Shown one piece after another: positions 16,697-27,178 of a stretch of 32,000 nucleotides of DNA; the stretch's first letter is position 1; the number at the start of each line of letters is the position of its first letter. Source of the DNA: Bdellovibrionales bacterium (lineage in GTDB: Bacteria; Bdellovibrionota; Bdellovibrionia; Bdellovibrionales; UBA1609); assembly GCA_963692945.1 (NCBI GenBank), contig OY843585.1:600001-632000 (forward strand). The letters are read 5' to 3'. The translations under genes and the position numbers were made by a program. The notes under the pieces were generated by a model. It worked only from the letters and a program-made list of their open reading frames with translations, was not told where the DNA came from and searched no databases.

Positions 16697-19092
16697 ATGA
16701 CCTACTCTCATAAGGAAATAGATAAAAAATGGCAAATAAAATGGCAAGAAGAAAAAATTTTTTATTGTAAAATAGATAAAACTCGTTCTAAATTTTATGC
16801 TTTAACTATGTTTCCCTATCCTTCAGGTGAGGGGCTTCATATCGGACATCTTGCCCCTTGTACTCCTATGGATGTGATAGCTCGTTACAAAAGAACTAGA
16901 GGTTTTAATGTTCTTCATCCAATGGGTTATGATGCTTTTGGTCTTCCAGCAGAACAATATGCTATTCAAACAGGTATCCACCCTGAAAAAACTACAAAAA
17001 AGGCTATTGATAATTTTCGTCGTCAATTAAAATCTTTTGGTTATAGTTTTGATTGGCAAAGAGAAGTTTCAACTTGTGATTCAAAGTATTACAAATGGAC
17101 ACAGTTTATTTTTAAAATTTTATTTAAAAGAAAGTTGGCCTATCAAAAAGAAGTTCCTGTGAATTGGTGTCCGTCTCTTCGTACCGTTCTTGCCAATGAA
17201 GAAGTCATTGATGGCAAAAGTGAAAGAGGAGGTCATGATATCGTTCGTAAACCTATGAAACAATGGATGCTTAAAATCACAGAATACAGTGAAAGGCTTC
17301 TAAAAGATTTAGGGGAGATAGATTGGCCAGAGAGAACCAAACAGGCTCAAAAAAACTGGATTGGTAAGAGTGTAGGAGCTTTGATTGATTTTTATTTTGT
17401 TTCAAAAAAAAATAATAGTATTCAAGTTTTCACAACTCGTCCAGATACATTATTTGGTGTAACTTATGTTGTGCTTGCTCCAGAGCATCCTCTCTTACTG
17501 GAGATAATAAGTTCGGAACAAAAAAAAGAAGTCCTAGATTACAGAGAACAATGTCTTAGAAAAAGTGAAGTGGATCGTAAAGCCAATCAAGATAAAACAG
17601 GAGTTTTTACAGGAGCTTATGTAAAACATCCTATCACCAATGAATCTCTTCCAGTTTGGGTCTCTGATTATGTGTTAATGGATTATGGAACAGGAAGTGT
17701 TATGGCCGTTCCTGCTCATGATGAAAGAGATTTTGAATTTGCTGAGAAGTTTAAACTACCTATCCAAAAAGTGATTGAATGTAAGGAACTCCCTTATATA
17801 GAGGATGGATTACATATTCATTCTTCTTATAAAGATTTTAGTATTGATGGATTAAAAAATAAAGAAGCTATTGCTTCTATTATTAGTTATCTTGAAAAGA
17901 AAAAATTAGGTCGGGGGAAACACAATACAAATTGAGGGATTGGCTTTTTTCTAGGCAAAGATATTGGGGAGAACCTTTTCCTGTTATTCATACAAAACAG
18001 GGGATAGAAGTTGTTCCCGATAAAGAGTTACCTGTGGAACTTCCTCCAACAGCAGATTATGAACCTTCAGAAAAAGGAGAACCTCCTCTCGCTCGTATTC
18101 AAAGTTTTGTGAATTATAAAAATAAAGAAGGGAAGAGTGTAGGCAAAAGAGAAACAGACACTATGCCAGGTTCTGCAGCCTCTTCATGGTATTTTCTTCG
18201 TTATCTTGATCCTCATAATGATAAAAAAGTTTTTGATTTTGAAGCTCAAAAATATTGGATGCCAGTTGATCTTTATTTGGGAGGAGCAGAACACAGCGTA
18301 GGGCATCTCCTTTACTCTCGTTTTTGGCAAAAAGTTTTGTATGATGAAGGTTTAGTATCTCATAAAGAACCTTTCCAAAAATTAGTCCATCAAGGAGTTA
18401 TTCTTGGAAAAGATGGTCATCGTATGTCTAAATCACGAGGGAATGGAGTGAGTCCAGATCAAATCAGGGAGGAATATGGTGCTGATTCTGTTAGAGTTTA
18501 TATATGTTTTCTAGGTCCTTTTGATAAAGATAAACCTTGGTCTTCTCAAGGAATTTTAGGAAGTCGTCGTTTTTTGGAGAGAATATGGAGACTTTCTCAA
18601 GACTCTAAAGGGAAACAAGATCCTTTAAGTGAGGAGGTAGAAAAAAAGTTACACAGCACAATTAAAAAAGTAACAAAAGATATTGAATCTTTACATTTTA
18701 ATACCGCTATTAGTGCCTTAATGATTTTAGTGAATGAAATTTATAAAGAAAATCTCAAAAACGAAGCATTGATAAAAACTATTTCTCAACTTCTTATGCC
18801 TTTTGCTCCCCATATTTCAGAGGAGATATGGCAATACTTAGGTGGAGAAGGATTTGTTTCTCTCGCAAAATGGCCAGAATATGATGAATCAAAAACCATT
18901 TCCGATGTCTGTTCTATGGGTGTGCAAGTCAATGGTAAATTGAGAGGGGTTTTAAATTTATCTCATTCGGCAACGGAAGAAGAGGCTTTGCAAAAATCTC
19001 TTGAACTTTCTGGAGTTCAAAAGGCACTTGAAAATAAAAAGATAAAAAAATGTATCTATAAGCCAGGAAAAATTATAAATTTAATTGTATAA
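16697..19092 (+). pseudogene. leuS: leucine--tRNA ligase, disrupted as sequenced by a 1-nt frameshift (genuine lesion, recoding or homopolymer sequencing error)
   Basis: ORFs 16697..17935 and 17932..19092 together make a full-length LeuRS: PYPSGEGLHIGH (HIGH), CP1 editing region, then ...QYKLRDWLFSRQRYWGEPFP... and RMSKSRGN (KMSKS). The frame changes inside GGGGGAAA at 17913..17920. The conserved YKLRDW is already in the second frame upstream of the first frame's TGA. Confidence 0.9.
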
Positions 19093-19136
19093 TTTTCTTT
19101 TTTTTAATAAAACAATAAAAATTTTGGAGAGAAAAA

Positions 19137-21038
19137 ATGGCTCATAAAGAATGGACGACTCAAAATAGCACGGACTTATATGGTATTCCTTTTTGGGGGA
19201 AACCTTATTTTAGTATCAATGAAAAAGGAAATATTCAAGTTCATCCAAAGGGTGATGAACTTTGTTCTATTGATCTTTTTGAAACCATTAATGAATTAAA
19301 AGAAAGGCATACACGAATGCCTCTTTTGCTGAGATTTCCAGATATTATAGAATCTCAAATGAAAAAAATTTATCAATGTTTTGATCAGGCTATAAAAGAA
19401 CAAGAATACCGTGGAAAGTATTATGGAGTTTTTCCTATCAAAGTGAATCAACAGCGACATATCGTTGAGCATATAGTTTCATGTGGTTATCAGTATCATT
19501 TTGGTCTAGAGGCAGGAAGTAAACCAGAATTGTTAATTGCTTTAGCCCTTATGCATAACCCTGAATCTTTAATCATTTGTAATGGTTTTAAAGATAGAAG
19601 TTATGTAGAACTTGCTCTTATTTCTCAGAAGGCTGGAAAAAATATTTTTTTAGTTGTGGAAAGGGAGAAGGAGTTAAATATTATATTAGAACTTTCTAAA
19701 GAATTAAATGTGAGACCAAAGATAGGTTTTCGGTTGAAGCTGAATACGCAGTCCGAAGGTTTATGGGGGGAAAGTTCAGGTTGTAATTCTAAATTTGGCT
19801 TAACTTCTTCTGAACTGGTATCTTCTATAAAACTTTTAAAGAAAGAAAAATTTTTAGATTGTGTTGATCTTATTCATTTTCATATAGGTTCTCAAATACC
19901 TTCTATTCAACCTATTAAATCTGCTATTAAAGAGACAGCACGGATTCTCTATGAGTTAACATCTATGGGATGTTCTATTAAATATGTAGATGTTGGTGGA
20001 GGTTTAGGAATTGACTATGATGGTTCAGGAGAGGCTAGAAGTTCTATCAATTATGATGTTCAAGAATATGTTAATGATATTGTTTTTGGGATACAATCTA
20101 TTTGTAAGGAAAAAGGAATAGATCATCCTCATATTATATCTGAATCGGGGCGATATCTTCTCGCTCAAAGTTCTTTATTAGTTTTTAATGTGCTAGATAG
20201 TAGTAGTTTTAATGAAGAAGAAAAGATTTTTATAAATAAAGAAAGTCATTATTTTCTTAAAGAGATGTATGATATTTATAAGGCTATTCCAGACATTTCT
20301 TACAATGAAACTTTTAACGATTTGGTTGAAAAGCGAAAAGAAATGTTTCAGCTTTTTGTTCATGGAGTTCTTTCTTTAGAAGAGCTTGATCGGTCTGAAA
20401 AGATTTATTGGAAATCTATTTATGAGTTAAAGAAAATCATAGAATCAAAGTCAGATTATGAAGAAATTTATGAAATTTTAAAACAACAATCAACAGATAT
20501 TTATTTTTGTAACTTTTCTGTGTTTCAAAGTTTGCCTGATTCTTGGGCTCTATCTTATATTTTTCCTGTTCTACCTATACATCGTTTAAAAGAGGAGCCT
20601 ACACAAAGAGCTCAGTTGGTAGATCTTACATGTGATTCAGATGGTCGTATATCAAAAATTATAGATTATAAAACTTGGAATGTTGAATCTCATTTACCAG
20701 TTCATAAATTAAAACCTAATGATATTTATCTCATGGGTGTTTTTCTAACTGGAGCTTACCAAGAGATATTGGGGGATCTTCATAATTTGTTTGGAGATAC
20801 AGATGTTGTTCATATTAAAATAGAAGAAGGTCATAAATACACTATTGAGCATCTTGTAGAGGGAGATTCCATTTCAGAAGTTTTAGATTATGTTGAATAT
20901 CATCGTAAAGATCTTTTAGGTAAAATGCATAAGACGACAGAGGCTAGTGTTATGAGAGGAAATATATCACGACAAGAGGCTGGATTCCTGCTTGAAAAAT
21001 TTGAGAATAATCTTTCCCATTATACTTACCTTAAGTGA
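19137..21038 (+). CDS. speA: biosynthetic arginine decarboxylase
   Basis: 633 aa. N-terminal ...YGIPFWGKPYFSINEKGN..., the PLP lysine context FPIKVNQQ, then HFHIGSQI, GGGLGIDYDG and ESGR, typical of SpeA. GGAGAG SD upstream. Confidence 0.92.
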   Translation: MAHKEWTTQNSTDLYGIPFWGKPYFSINEKGNIQVHPKGDELCSIDLFETINELKERHTRMPLLLRFPDIIESQMKKIYQCFDQAIKEQEYRGKYYGVFPIKVNQQRHIVEHIVSCGYQYHFGLEAGSKPELLIALALMHNPESLIICNGFKDRSYVELALISQKAGKNIFLVVEREKELNIILELSKELNVRPKIGFRLKLNTQSEGLWGESSGCNSKFGLTSSELVSSIKLLKKEKFLDCVDLIHFHIGSQIPSIQPIKSAIKETARILYELTSMGCSIKYVDVGGGLGIDYDGSGEARSSINYDVQEYVNDIVFGIQSICKEKGIDHPHIISESGRYLLAQSSLLVFNVLDSSSFNEEEKIFINKESHYFLKEMYDIYKAIPDISYNETFNDLVEKRKEMFQLFVHGVLSLEELDRSEKIYWKSIYELKKIIESKSDYEEIYEILKQQSTDIYFCNFSVFQSLPDSWALSYIFPVLPIHRLKEEPTQRAQLVDLTCDSDGRISKIIDYKTWNVESHLPVHKLKPNDIYLMGVFLTGAYQEILGDLHNLFGDTDVVHIKIEEGHKYTIEHLVEGDSISEVLDYVEYHRKDLLGKMHKTTEASVMRGNISRQEAGFLLEKFENNLSHYTYLK

Positions 21039-21087
21039 TCTTATAACCTTTTAGTTATAGTTTTATTATAAAAGAGGAAGTTTTTTT

Positions 21088-22344
21088 GTGGAAAAAATCA
21101 TTCTTGGTTTAGCCAGTCTCTTTTTTCTTGGACATTTTTTACAATGGGTTTTTGTAAGAACAAAAATTCCTGATCTTTTAATTCTTATCATCATAGGTTT
21201 TATTGCTGGTCCATCGGGATTGAATATTATTCAACTGGGAGATTTAGGTAAAGTTGGTACTGTTTTAGCAACAGTTACTTTAATTATTATTCTCTATGAA
21301 GGGGGTTTGAATCTGAATGCAAGTTCATTAGCGCGTTCCAGTTTACCAGCCTTAATTCTCTCTATTTTATCTTTTTTACTTATTGCTGCTTTGACAACTT
21401 TTATACTAGGTTTTTTCTTCTCTTTTTCTACCGCTTTGCTTGTGGGTCTAGGTATTGGTAGTACTTCTTCTGCTATTGTTTTTCCTTTGATCAAACCTTT
21501 AGATTTAAAAGAAAGAACAAAAACGCTTTTATCTTTAGAATCAGCATTTACAGATGTACTGGCCATTATTGCTTTTTTAGCTGTTTTAGAAAGTGTTTTA
21601 AGTAAGAATTACAATGCATCCACTTTATTATTTGGAATGGGAGCAAAACCTTTCTTATCTGTTGGTTTAGGTGTTGGTTCTGCTCTTTTCTGGGCTTTTT
21701 TAAGAAAATTGTTTTTAAAGTTATTTGATATGCCTTTTGCAACAGAGGCTTGGTCTCTCCTCACTTATGGGGCTATAGAGATATTTTCTTTAAATGGTCC
21801 TATTGGTATTCTAGCATTTGGTTTTACTCTTGCTAATTTAAATCTTATACCTAGATATCTAAGTTTTTTATTTAATTTAACACCAGTTACAGAAAATGAA
21901 ATGTCTCTACTACAAGCTATTTCTTTTTTATTGAAAACTTTCTTTTTTCTTTATTTGGGTATGATTATGAAAATCTCCTCTTTAGATGTTTTCTTGTGGG
22001 CTTTGTTACTAACATTTATTATATATGTAACTCGTTATGTAGTGGTTCGTATTGTTTTTTCTACAAAAGAATTTACGTTTTTTGATGCTCTTATTTCAGT
22101 TGGTATGGGACCTAGAGGTTTAGCTTGTGCTGTGTTAGCCACCTTACCTTTGCAAAAAGGTTATTCTGAAGGGGGATTTATACAAGATGTTATTTTTTAT
22201 ATTATTTTTATTTCTATTATTACAACTTCTTTATTTGTTATCTTTGGGAAAACGAATTTGTTTAGGAAAATGTTTAAAGAGTTACTTAGTGTTTATCCAG
22301 ATCATATAGAGGAAGAAAAAGAAGATACTATAGTATCTTCTTAG
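21088..22344 (+). CDS. cation:proton antiporter (Na+/H+ exchanger family, CPA1/NhaP-like)
   Basis: 418 aa with about 11-12 TM segments. ...ILYEGGLNL... and ...ESAFTDVLAI... resemble CPA1 signature regions. GTG start with an AGAGGAAG SD. Confidence 0.72.
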   Translation: MEKIILGLASLFFLGHFLQWVFVRTKIPDLLILIIIGFIAGPSGLNIIQLGDLGKVGTVLATVTLIIILYEGGLNLNASSLARSSLPALILSILSFLLIAALTTFILGFFFSFSTALLVGLGIGSTSSAIVFPLIKPLDLKERTKTLLSLESAFTDVLAIIAFLAVLESVLSKNYNASTLLFGMGAKPFLSVGLGVGSALFWAFLRKLFLKLFDMPFATEAWSLLTYGAIEIFSLNGPIGILAFGFTLANLNLIPRYLSFLFNLTPVTENEMSLLQAISFLLKTFFFLYLGMIMKISSLDVFLWALLLTFIIYVTRYVVVRIVFSTKEFTFFDALISVGMGPRGLACAVLATLPLQKGYSEGGFIQDVIFYIIFISIITTSLFVIFGKTNLFRKMFKELLSVYPDHIEEEKEDTIVSS

Positions 22345-22348
22345 ATTT

Positions 22349-23374
22349 TTAATTTTCAATTTGTTTAGGATCAAAAGCATCCCGAATTCCATTTCCTATA
22401 AATGTCAGAGATAGGAGTGTTGAAAAAAGAGCTAAGGATGGATAAACAGCGAGCCACCAAGCTGTTGTAATGTATTTTTCTGATTGAGATAAGAGTTCAC
22501 CCCAACTTGGAGTAGGAGGAATCAATCCAAAACCTAAATAGTCTAATATAACTAAAGAACCAATAAGTCCTGCAAGTGTAAAAGGAGAAAAGGTAATGAT
22601 AGGATTCATAGCGTTAGGTAAGATATGTTTAAAAATAATACCTATATGACTTTGCCCTTGAGCACGACTGGCTTCTACGAAATTTCTTTTTCTCAATCGT
22701 AAAAATTCGGCTCGCATATAAAAAGAGATAGTGACCCAAGAGAGTATGGAAAAGAAAATAATTATAAAAGTAAGACTTCTTCCAAAAACAGTTGTTATAG
22801 TTATTAAAATAACTAAACTGGGAAGAGATTCTACAATTTCTACTACTCTTTGTCCTATAAGGTCTATGAGACCACCAAAGTATCCCATTAAAGCACCTAG
22901 CAGTGTCCCAGTAAGATAGGAAAGTAACCAAACACAAAAGGCAAATGACATACTGTAACGGTAACCATAGATAAGCCTTGAAAAAACATCTCTTCCTCTA
23001 TCATCTGTTCCTAAAAGATTATCTAGAGAAGGGGGGCTTGGAAACCGTTTGACTTCTAAATTACTTTCATAAGGATTCCAAGTTATAGGAGGCCAGAGGC
23101 TGAAATCTTTATCAGATAAAGAAAGTTTTTTATAATTAAGCACATTTTGATTTTGAATCCCTAAATCTGTTGGGTGGTATTCTTTGAAAATAGGAAAAAA
23201 GAGAGAACCCTGATAAAAAAGAATAATTGGTTTATTATTTGCCAATAATTCTGCTGACAAACTGACACAAATAAAAAAGAGAAAGACCCATGAAGCCACC
23301 CAACTTATTTTACGAGATTTGAATATTCTCCATCGTTTTAAAGTTAAGGGGTTTTTTGTTATTTTTTCTATCAT
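22349..23374 (-). CDS. ABC transporter permease, YejE/OppC-like
   Basis: 341 aa. N-terminal ...RWRIFKSRKISWVASWVF... extension plus the periplasmic insert typical of YejE. LGTDDRGRDVFSRLIYG and the EAA-loop region ...FVEASRAQGQSHIGIIFKHILPN. Overlaps the upstream permease gene by 4 nt. Confidence 0.85.
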   Translation of the reverse strand: MIEKITKNPLTLKRWRIFKSRKISWVASWVFLFFICVSLSAELLANNKPIILFYQGSLFFPIFKEYHPTDLGIQNQNVLNYKKLSLSDKDFSLWPPITWNPYESNLEVKRFPSPPSLDNLLGTDDRGRDVFSRLIYGYRYSMSFAFCVWLLSYLTGTLLGALMGYFGGLIDLIGQRVVEIVESLPSLVILITITTVFGRSLTFIIIFFSILSWVTISFYMRAEFLRLRKRNFVEASRAQGQSHIGIIFKHILPNAMNPIITFSPFTLAGLIGSLVILDYLGFGLIPPTPSWGELLSQSEKYITTAWWLAVYPSLALFSTLLSLTFIGNGIRDAFDPKQIEN

Positions 23375-24411
23375 GAGAAATCTATCCTTGGATCAATAAT
23401 AGCATAAACAATATCACTAAAAAGCCGACCAAATAAAAATATAACAGATTGTATAAAAATAAGAGCCATAATGACATTGTAATCTCTAGATAGAGTGGAT
23501 TCAAAAGCCAATAAACCTATTCCATTTATGTTGAAAATCTTTTCAATAATAAGAGAACCTGTTAAAAAGACACTAAAAATATTTCCTAAACTTGTAGCAA
23601 TGGGGACAAGAGCATTACGTAAAGCATGTTTGTAGATAATTGTTTTTTCAGACAGACCTTTAGCGCGAGCGGTTCTGACATAGTCTGTACTGATTTCTTC
23701 AAGCAGAGAGTTTTTCATAAATTGAGTCAAAATGGTAAAAGATGTGATCATATAGCATAAAAGTGGAAGAATAAAATGATGAATACGATCTAGTATTTTT
23801 CCAAAGAATCCTTTTTCAAAATAGGTATCTGAAAACATATCACCTAAAGGAAACCATTCTAAATAAGAACCTCCTGCTAAAAATGTTTTTAATAAAATAC
23901 CCAACATAAGTGGAGGAATAGAATAAAGAACAATGATCACTACAGAAGATGTTAAGTCAAATTTGGTATCCTTACGAACAGCCATCATAATACCTAAAAT
24001 AATACAAACCAGATAAGTCAAAATTAAAGAAGTGACTCCAAACTGTAGGCTGATAGGTATTTTTTCTAAAATAATATCAATAACAGGTTCATCATTAAAA
24101 TAACTGTATCCAAAATCTAAAGTGAATATGTTTTTAAGCCATATTAAATATTGAATGGGGATAGGTTTATCAAAGCCATATTGTTTTTTAAGTTCGTTTA
24201 AGAGGTCTTCAGGTATGCCGTAGTTATTTGCATTACTACTATTATTAGATTGAGAGGAGTTTGCATCGCCAACTCCTGCAAATCTCATCTGTACTATTTT
24301 TTGTTCAATAGGTCCTCCTGGGGAGGTTATAAGTATTACAAAACAAACAGTAGTAATACCAAAGAGGGTTGGTAAAATTAAAAGAAGTCTTTTTAAAATA
24401 TATTTTAACAT
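23371..24411 (-). CDS. ABC transporter permease, YejB/OppB-like
   Basis: 346 aa. MLKYILKRLLLILPTLFGITT..., then YGFDKP and DYVRTARAKGLSEKTIIYKHALRNAL (EAA loop). Confidence 0.87.
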   Translation of the reverse strand: MLKYILKRLLLILPTLFGITTVCFVILITSPGGPIEQKIVQMRFAGVGDANSSQSNNSSNANNYGIPEDLLNELKKQYGFDKPIPIQYLIWLKNIFTLDFGYSYFNDEPVIDIILEKIPISLQFGVTSLILTYLVCIILGIMMAVRKDTKFDLTSSVVIIVLYSIPPLMLGILLKTFLAGGSYLEWFPLGDMFSDTYFEKGFFGKILDRIHHFILPLLCYMITSFTILTQFMKNSLLEEISTDYVRTARAKGLSEKTIIYKHALRNALVPIATSLGNIFSVFLTGSLIIEKIFNINGIGLLAFESTLSRDYNVIMALIFIQSVIFLFGRLFSDIVYAIIDPRIDFS

Positions 24412-24421
24412 AATGAATACT

Positions 24422-26074
24422 TTACTTTGTTTTTAAATCCCAATACATCTCACCAATTCTGTAATTGAAAGAGTCTTTTGGTCTATAAATTCTTTTATTG
24501 ACTCCATAAAAAGTATAAGAGGAATTGAACATAAAAATATAGGGAACATCTTCTGCAATCAAGCGATAGACTTTTTGAAAAGTTTTAATACGTTTGTTCC
24601 GATTCAATTGTTGACGACCTTTATCAATCAAAGCATCTACTTTAGGGTTAGAGTAACCGATAAAATTAGATCCTCCTTTAGAGGCACTACTAGAATGCCA
24701 AATTTGTTTAGGATCTAAATCAATAGCTCCTCCTCCCCAACCTAACATAACGGCATCAAAGTTTTTATCATCTAGTAGTCTTAAAAAAGAAGTCCAATCT
24801 AAGATTTTTAAATTAAGTTTTATGCCTACTTTTTTTAAATCTTCTTGGTAAAGAGTTAAAAGTTTTTCCCTACTTTGAGCACTATAAATGATGGTAAATT
24901 TAAAATCAAAATTTTGACCATTGATAGTCTTTTCTAAAATACCATCCTTATTTTTGTCTCTCCAATTTGCTGATTTTAAAAGTTGTTGTGCTTTTTTAGG
25001 GTTAAAGTTTATTGCTTTTACATTAGGATTAGCAAAGTCACTTTTAAAACTCCAAGGTCCAGTTGCTAGATTATTAAGGTTAAAAAAGAATTTTGAATTC
25101 ATAAGTTTTCTATTCATTAAATGGGCTAAGGCTTTTCTTACTTTTTTATCTTGAAAAAGGGGTTTGGTTAAATTGAAGCCTATATAATCAAACCCTTTTG
25201 GTTTTTTTATAGGTGTTTTGATTTTTTGAATTGTAATTCCCCAAGGTTTTTTATTTGTTTTTTGAATGTAAGATTCAGGACCCATTCGTGTGTAATCTAT
25301 ATCTCCTCTTTGTAGGCGAAGAAGTGCATTTGTTTCTGACTGAATGAAGCGAAAAACAATAGTCTTAAAGTTCCATTTGTTTTTATTAGAGGGTCTATTA
25401 CCTTGCCAGAAAGGATTCTTTCTTAAAATAAGAATTTTACCTTTGATATTATGTTCAATTTTGTAAGGACCAGAACCAATAACCGTTTTTGAAAGTTTTA
25501 ATTTTGGATCTTGATAAATGTGTTGAGGTATAATGCCCATTCCTGCAATAGTTTGAAAATTTCCAAAGTAAATATTTTTTGCTTTAAAAGTGATTGTGTG
25601 ATCATCAATGATTTTTGCAGAATGTAAATTTTCATAATAAGATATGTAACTTATGCCTCCATATTTTGGGTTTTTATAAGCATCAAAACTAAACTTCACA
25701 TCAGAGCTTGTTAAAGGTTTTCCATCAGACCATTTTAAATCTTTGTGGAGATAAAAAGTGAACTCTTTTTTATTAGGACTAATATGCCATTTTCTAGCTA
25801 AAGAGGGTTCCCATTGGTAGGTGTCTAAGTTTCTTACTAGGAGAGTTTCTACAACATGACGTTGTATAGCACCCGAATAACTATCAGTGCTTTTTATAGG
25901 ATGGAGGTTTTCAGGAACTCCAGTTAAATTGTTGTAAAAAGTTTCAGATTTTTTAATTTGAATGGAAGGGGTATTTGTTGTGCAGGCACGAGAGAGCAAA
26001 ATAAAGGCTAATAAGATAAAAAAGGAGTATTTTATAAGACTTTTAAGAAGATGATTTTGTTTTGTAAATAACAT
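24422..26074 (-). CDS. ABC transporter substrate-binding lipoprotein, family 5 (YejA/OppA-like)
   Basis: 550 aa. Signal peptide with a likely lipobox (LLSRA-C). SBP_bac_5-type core (...WSDGKPLTSSDVKFS..., ...GSGPYK...). First gene of the SBP-permease-permease operon. Confidence 0.85.
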   Translation of the reverse strand: MLFTKQNHLLKSLIKYSFFILLAFILLSRACTTNTPSIQIKKSETFYNNLTGVPENLHPIKSTDSYSGAIQRHVVETLLVRNLDTYQWEPSLARKWHISPNKKEFTFYLHKDLKWSDGKPLTSSDVKFSFDAYKNPKYGGISYISYYENLHSAKIIDDHTITFKAKNIYFGNFQTIAGMGIIPQHIYQDPKLKLSKTVIGSGPYKIEHNIKGKILILRKNPFWQGNRPSNKNKWNFKTIVFRFIQSETNALLRLQRGDIDYTRMGPESYIQKTNKKPWGITIQKIKTPIKKPKGFDYIGFNLTKPLFQDKKVRKALAHLMNRKLMNSKFFFNLNNLATGPWSFKSDFANPNVKAINFNPKKAQQLLKSANWRDKNKDGILEKTINGQNFDFKFTIIYSAQSREKLLTLYQEDLKKVGIKLNLKILDWTSFLRLLDDKNFDAVMLGWGGGAIDLDPKQIWHSSSASKGGSNFIGYSNPKVDALIDKGRQQLNRNKRIKTFQKVYRLIAEDVPYIFMFNSSYTFYGVNKRIYRPKDSFNYRIGEMYWDLKTK

Positions 26075-26152
26075 TTTTTAGCCTTTTGTTTGACTTGATT
26101 TTTATAACATATTAGATCTTCTCTCAACAGGTTATTTTAAAAAAAAGGATTT

Positions 26153-27169
26153 ATGAAAAAACATGTTTCCTTAGCATTTGGTAAAAAGACCTCTTTGACT
26201 CAGGCTCAAATTATTATTATCCCTGTTCCTTGGGAAGCGACAGTGTCTTATGGGTCTGGGGCTAGTGAAGGTCCTGAATTGATTCGTAGAGCTTCTTCTC
26301 AATTAGATTTTTTTCAAAAAGATAAGCTAAAATCTCATAATCACTTGATTCATTTTCAAGCAGAAGATTCTTTGATTAAAGATTTAAATAAACAAACTCT
26401 TTTACTATCTAAAAAGATTATAGATGATTGGGTGGAAGGTAAGGTGTTCAATCTTGAAGAAAAAGCAGTATTAGAGAAGGTTAATAAACTGTGTGAGCAA
26501 ATGATAGATTGGGTTTATAAAAGGACTGAAGAGGTTTGTTTAAAAGGTAAAATCCCTGTTGTTGTTGGAGGAGATCATTCTGTAAGTGAAGGAATATTAA
26601 AATTCATGGGGGAAAAATATAAAGGTGATTATGGAGTTCTTCATATTGATGCTCACCCTGATCTAAATGTCTCTTATCAAGGATTTAAACATTCACATGG
26701 TTCTGTAATGTATAACGCAATCAATCAAGAACTATCTCCTAGAAAATTAATACAGGTTGGTATTAGAGATTTTTCACAAGAAGAATATGAACTTGTAAAA
26801 AAAGACTCTCGTATCACTTGTTATTATGATGAGGATTTATACTCTCGTCTTTTTTCTGGTGAAAATTGGTCTGATTTATGTAAAGAAATAGTATCTTTGT
26901 TACCTTCTCAAGTTTATGTGTCTTTAGATATAGATGGCTTATCTTTGGAGTCTTCTATGGGAACAGGAACTCCTGTCCCTGGAGGTTTATCTTTTAATCA
27001 AGTTTTATTTTTATTGAAAGAACTAGAAAAACAAAATAAAAAAATTGTTGGTTTTGATGTTGTAGAAGCCTCTTGTGGTGAGAAAGGGATGAGTCCTCTT
27101 ACTATTGAGGAATGGTGTGGCAATGTATCCGCTCGGTTGATTTATTACTTATCGGGTTTGATTTTATGA
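26153..27169 (+). CDS. arginase/agmatinase/formimidoylglutamase-family hydrolase (putative agmatinase)
   Basis: 338 aa. All ureohydrolase Mn-ligand motifs are present: GGDHS, DAHPD and SLDIDGL. The agmatinase assignment is inferred only from speA lying 5 kb away. Confidence 0.7.
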   Translation: MKKHVSLAFGKKTSLTQAQIIIIPVPWEATVSYGSGASEGPELIRRASSQLDFFQKDKLKSHNHLIHFQAEDSLIKDLNKQTLLLSKKIIDDWVEGKVFNLEEKAVLEKVNKLCEQMIDWVYKRTEEVCLKGKIPVVVGGDHSVSEGILKFMGEKYKGDYGVLHIDAHPDLNVSYQGFKHSHGSVMYNAINQELSPRKLIQVGIRDFSQEEYELVKKDSRITCYYDEDLYSRLFSGENWSDLCKEIVSLLPSQVYVSLDIDGLSLESSMGTGTPVPGGLSFNQVLFLLKELEKQNKKIVGFDVVEASCGEKGMSPLTIEEWCGNVSARLIYYLSGLIL

Positions 27170-27178
27170 ATTTTTCAG

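Noticed and set aside
17913-17921. Programmed -1 ribosomal frameshift in leuS at the GGGAAAC slippery-like heptamer
   Set aside because: GGGAAAC (17915..17921) is out of phase for X_XXY_YYZ in the upstream frame, where the codons are GGG AAA CAC. A-site re-pairing would be imperfect, and I see no obvious downstream stem or pseudoknot. A homopolymer indel (an error or a real lesion) is the simpler reading. This is not fully excluded; see the findings.
3-25154. Short ORF-track entries antisense to or nested in larger genes: 3..209, 2030..2236, 6227..6454, 6866..7057, 7019..7225, 7146..7436, 9613..9801, 9841..10101, 13921..14130, 14811..14999, 16565..16747, 16823..17026, 21294..21566, 22629..22937, 22731..22919 and 24921..25154
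   Set aside because: Each overlaps a long ORF with clear family motifs on the other strand or in another frame. They have low-complexity or Lys/Phe-rich composition typical of AT-rich antisense frames, and I recognised no SD or motif in any of them.
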